In this document: positions 63,982 through 64,000 of the stretch, in pieces
How the letters are laid out: every line of letters starts with the position of its first letter
Numbering within the stretch: position 1 is the stretch's first letter
Source of the DNA: Candidatus Omnitrophota bacterium
Lineage (GTDB): Bacteria > Omnitrophota > Gorgyraeia > VGKH01
Assembly (NCBI GenBank): GCA_022703055.1
Contig: JAKLEP010000001.1
Location: forward strand, 282,850 to 346,849
Reading direction: 5' to 3'
Length of the DNA: 64,000 nt
Position numbers and translations under genes: made by a program
The notes under the pieces: generated by a model
Seen by the model: the letters and a program-made list of their open reading frames with translations, nothing else
Databases searched by the model: none
What the model was told of the DNA's origin: nothing

Positions 63982-64000
63982 TAAAATTAGTGTTCGGGCG

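Overview
AT-rich bacterial chromosome segment from a diderm lineage. It encodes lipid A genes, a TonB-dependent receptor and lipoproteins. The gene content and the giant gene are compatible with an uncultivated group such as Omnitrophota, but I cannot establish that from sequence alone. Nearly all genes are on the + strand. (1) 1-28.8 kb is one uninterrupted translation/transcription array: nusG tail, rplKAJL, rpoBC, rpsLG, fusA, tuf, then the S10, spc and alpha operons. rpmJ was found by hand. No L30 gene is present, and rpoC overlaps rpsL by 59 nt. (2) 28.8-41.1 kb is central metabolism and envelope. It holds an aminotransferase, a LeuC/LeuD-type dehydratase split by a pilT gene, an IDH-like dehydrogenase, mdh, an E3-LipB-lone lipoyl domain trio, lipid glycosyl/acyl transferases, pcm and a CobO-like adenosyltransferase. 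(3) 41.1-44.3 kb is a corrinoid uptake locus. It contains an inverted pair of heptamer arrays, a membrane protein, an unassigned structured element, a clear cobalamin riboswitch with terminator, and a TonB-dependent receptor. (4) 44.3-55.8 kb is an accessory island. It carries a 2,600-aa secreted SpvB/TcB-TcC-like RHS cocoon protein with embedded jelly-roll, LamG and Hint modules and a glycine-zipper plus GxSxG-hydrolase C-terminal payload. Downstream are a small lipoprotein (candidate immunity), a truncated Y1/RAYT-type transposase remnant and a Phd/YefM-RelE/ParE pair. Next comes a promoter-leader-terminator unit ahead of a lipoprotein gene. The island ends with a four-gene cassette of unknown function: two RHH-like paralogs divergent from a 59-aa membrane peptide and a Cys/Trp-rich protein. 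That cassette is bracketed by near-identical GC-rich palindromes. (5) 55.8-64 kb returns to core genes: yqeY-like, a polysaccharide deacetylase, lpxB, a Gfo/Idh/MocA oxidoreductase, msbA-like, rpsB, tsf, pyrH, frr and tRNA-Lys(UUU). All assignments rest on reading motifs in the supplied translations and the raw DNA. No database search was run.
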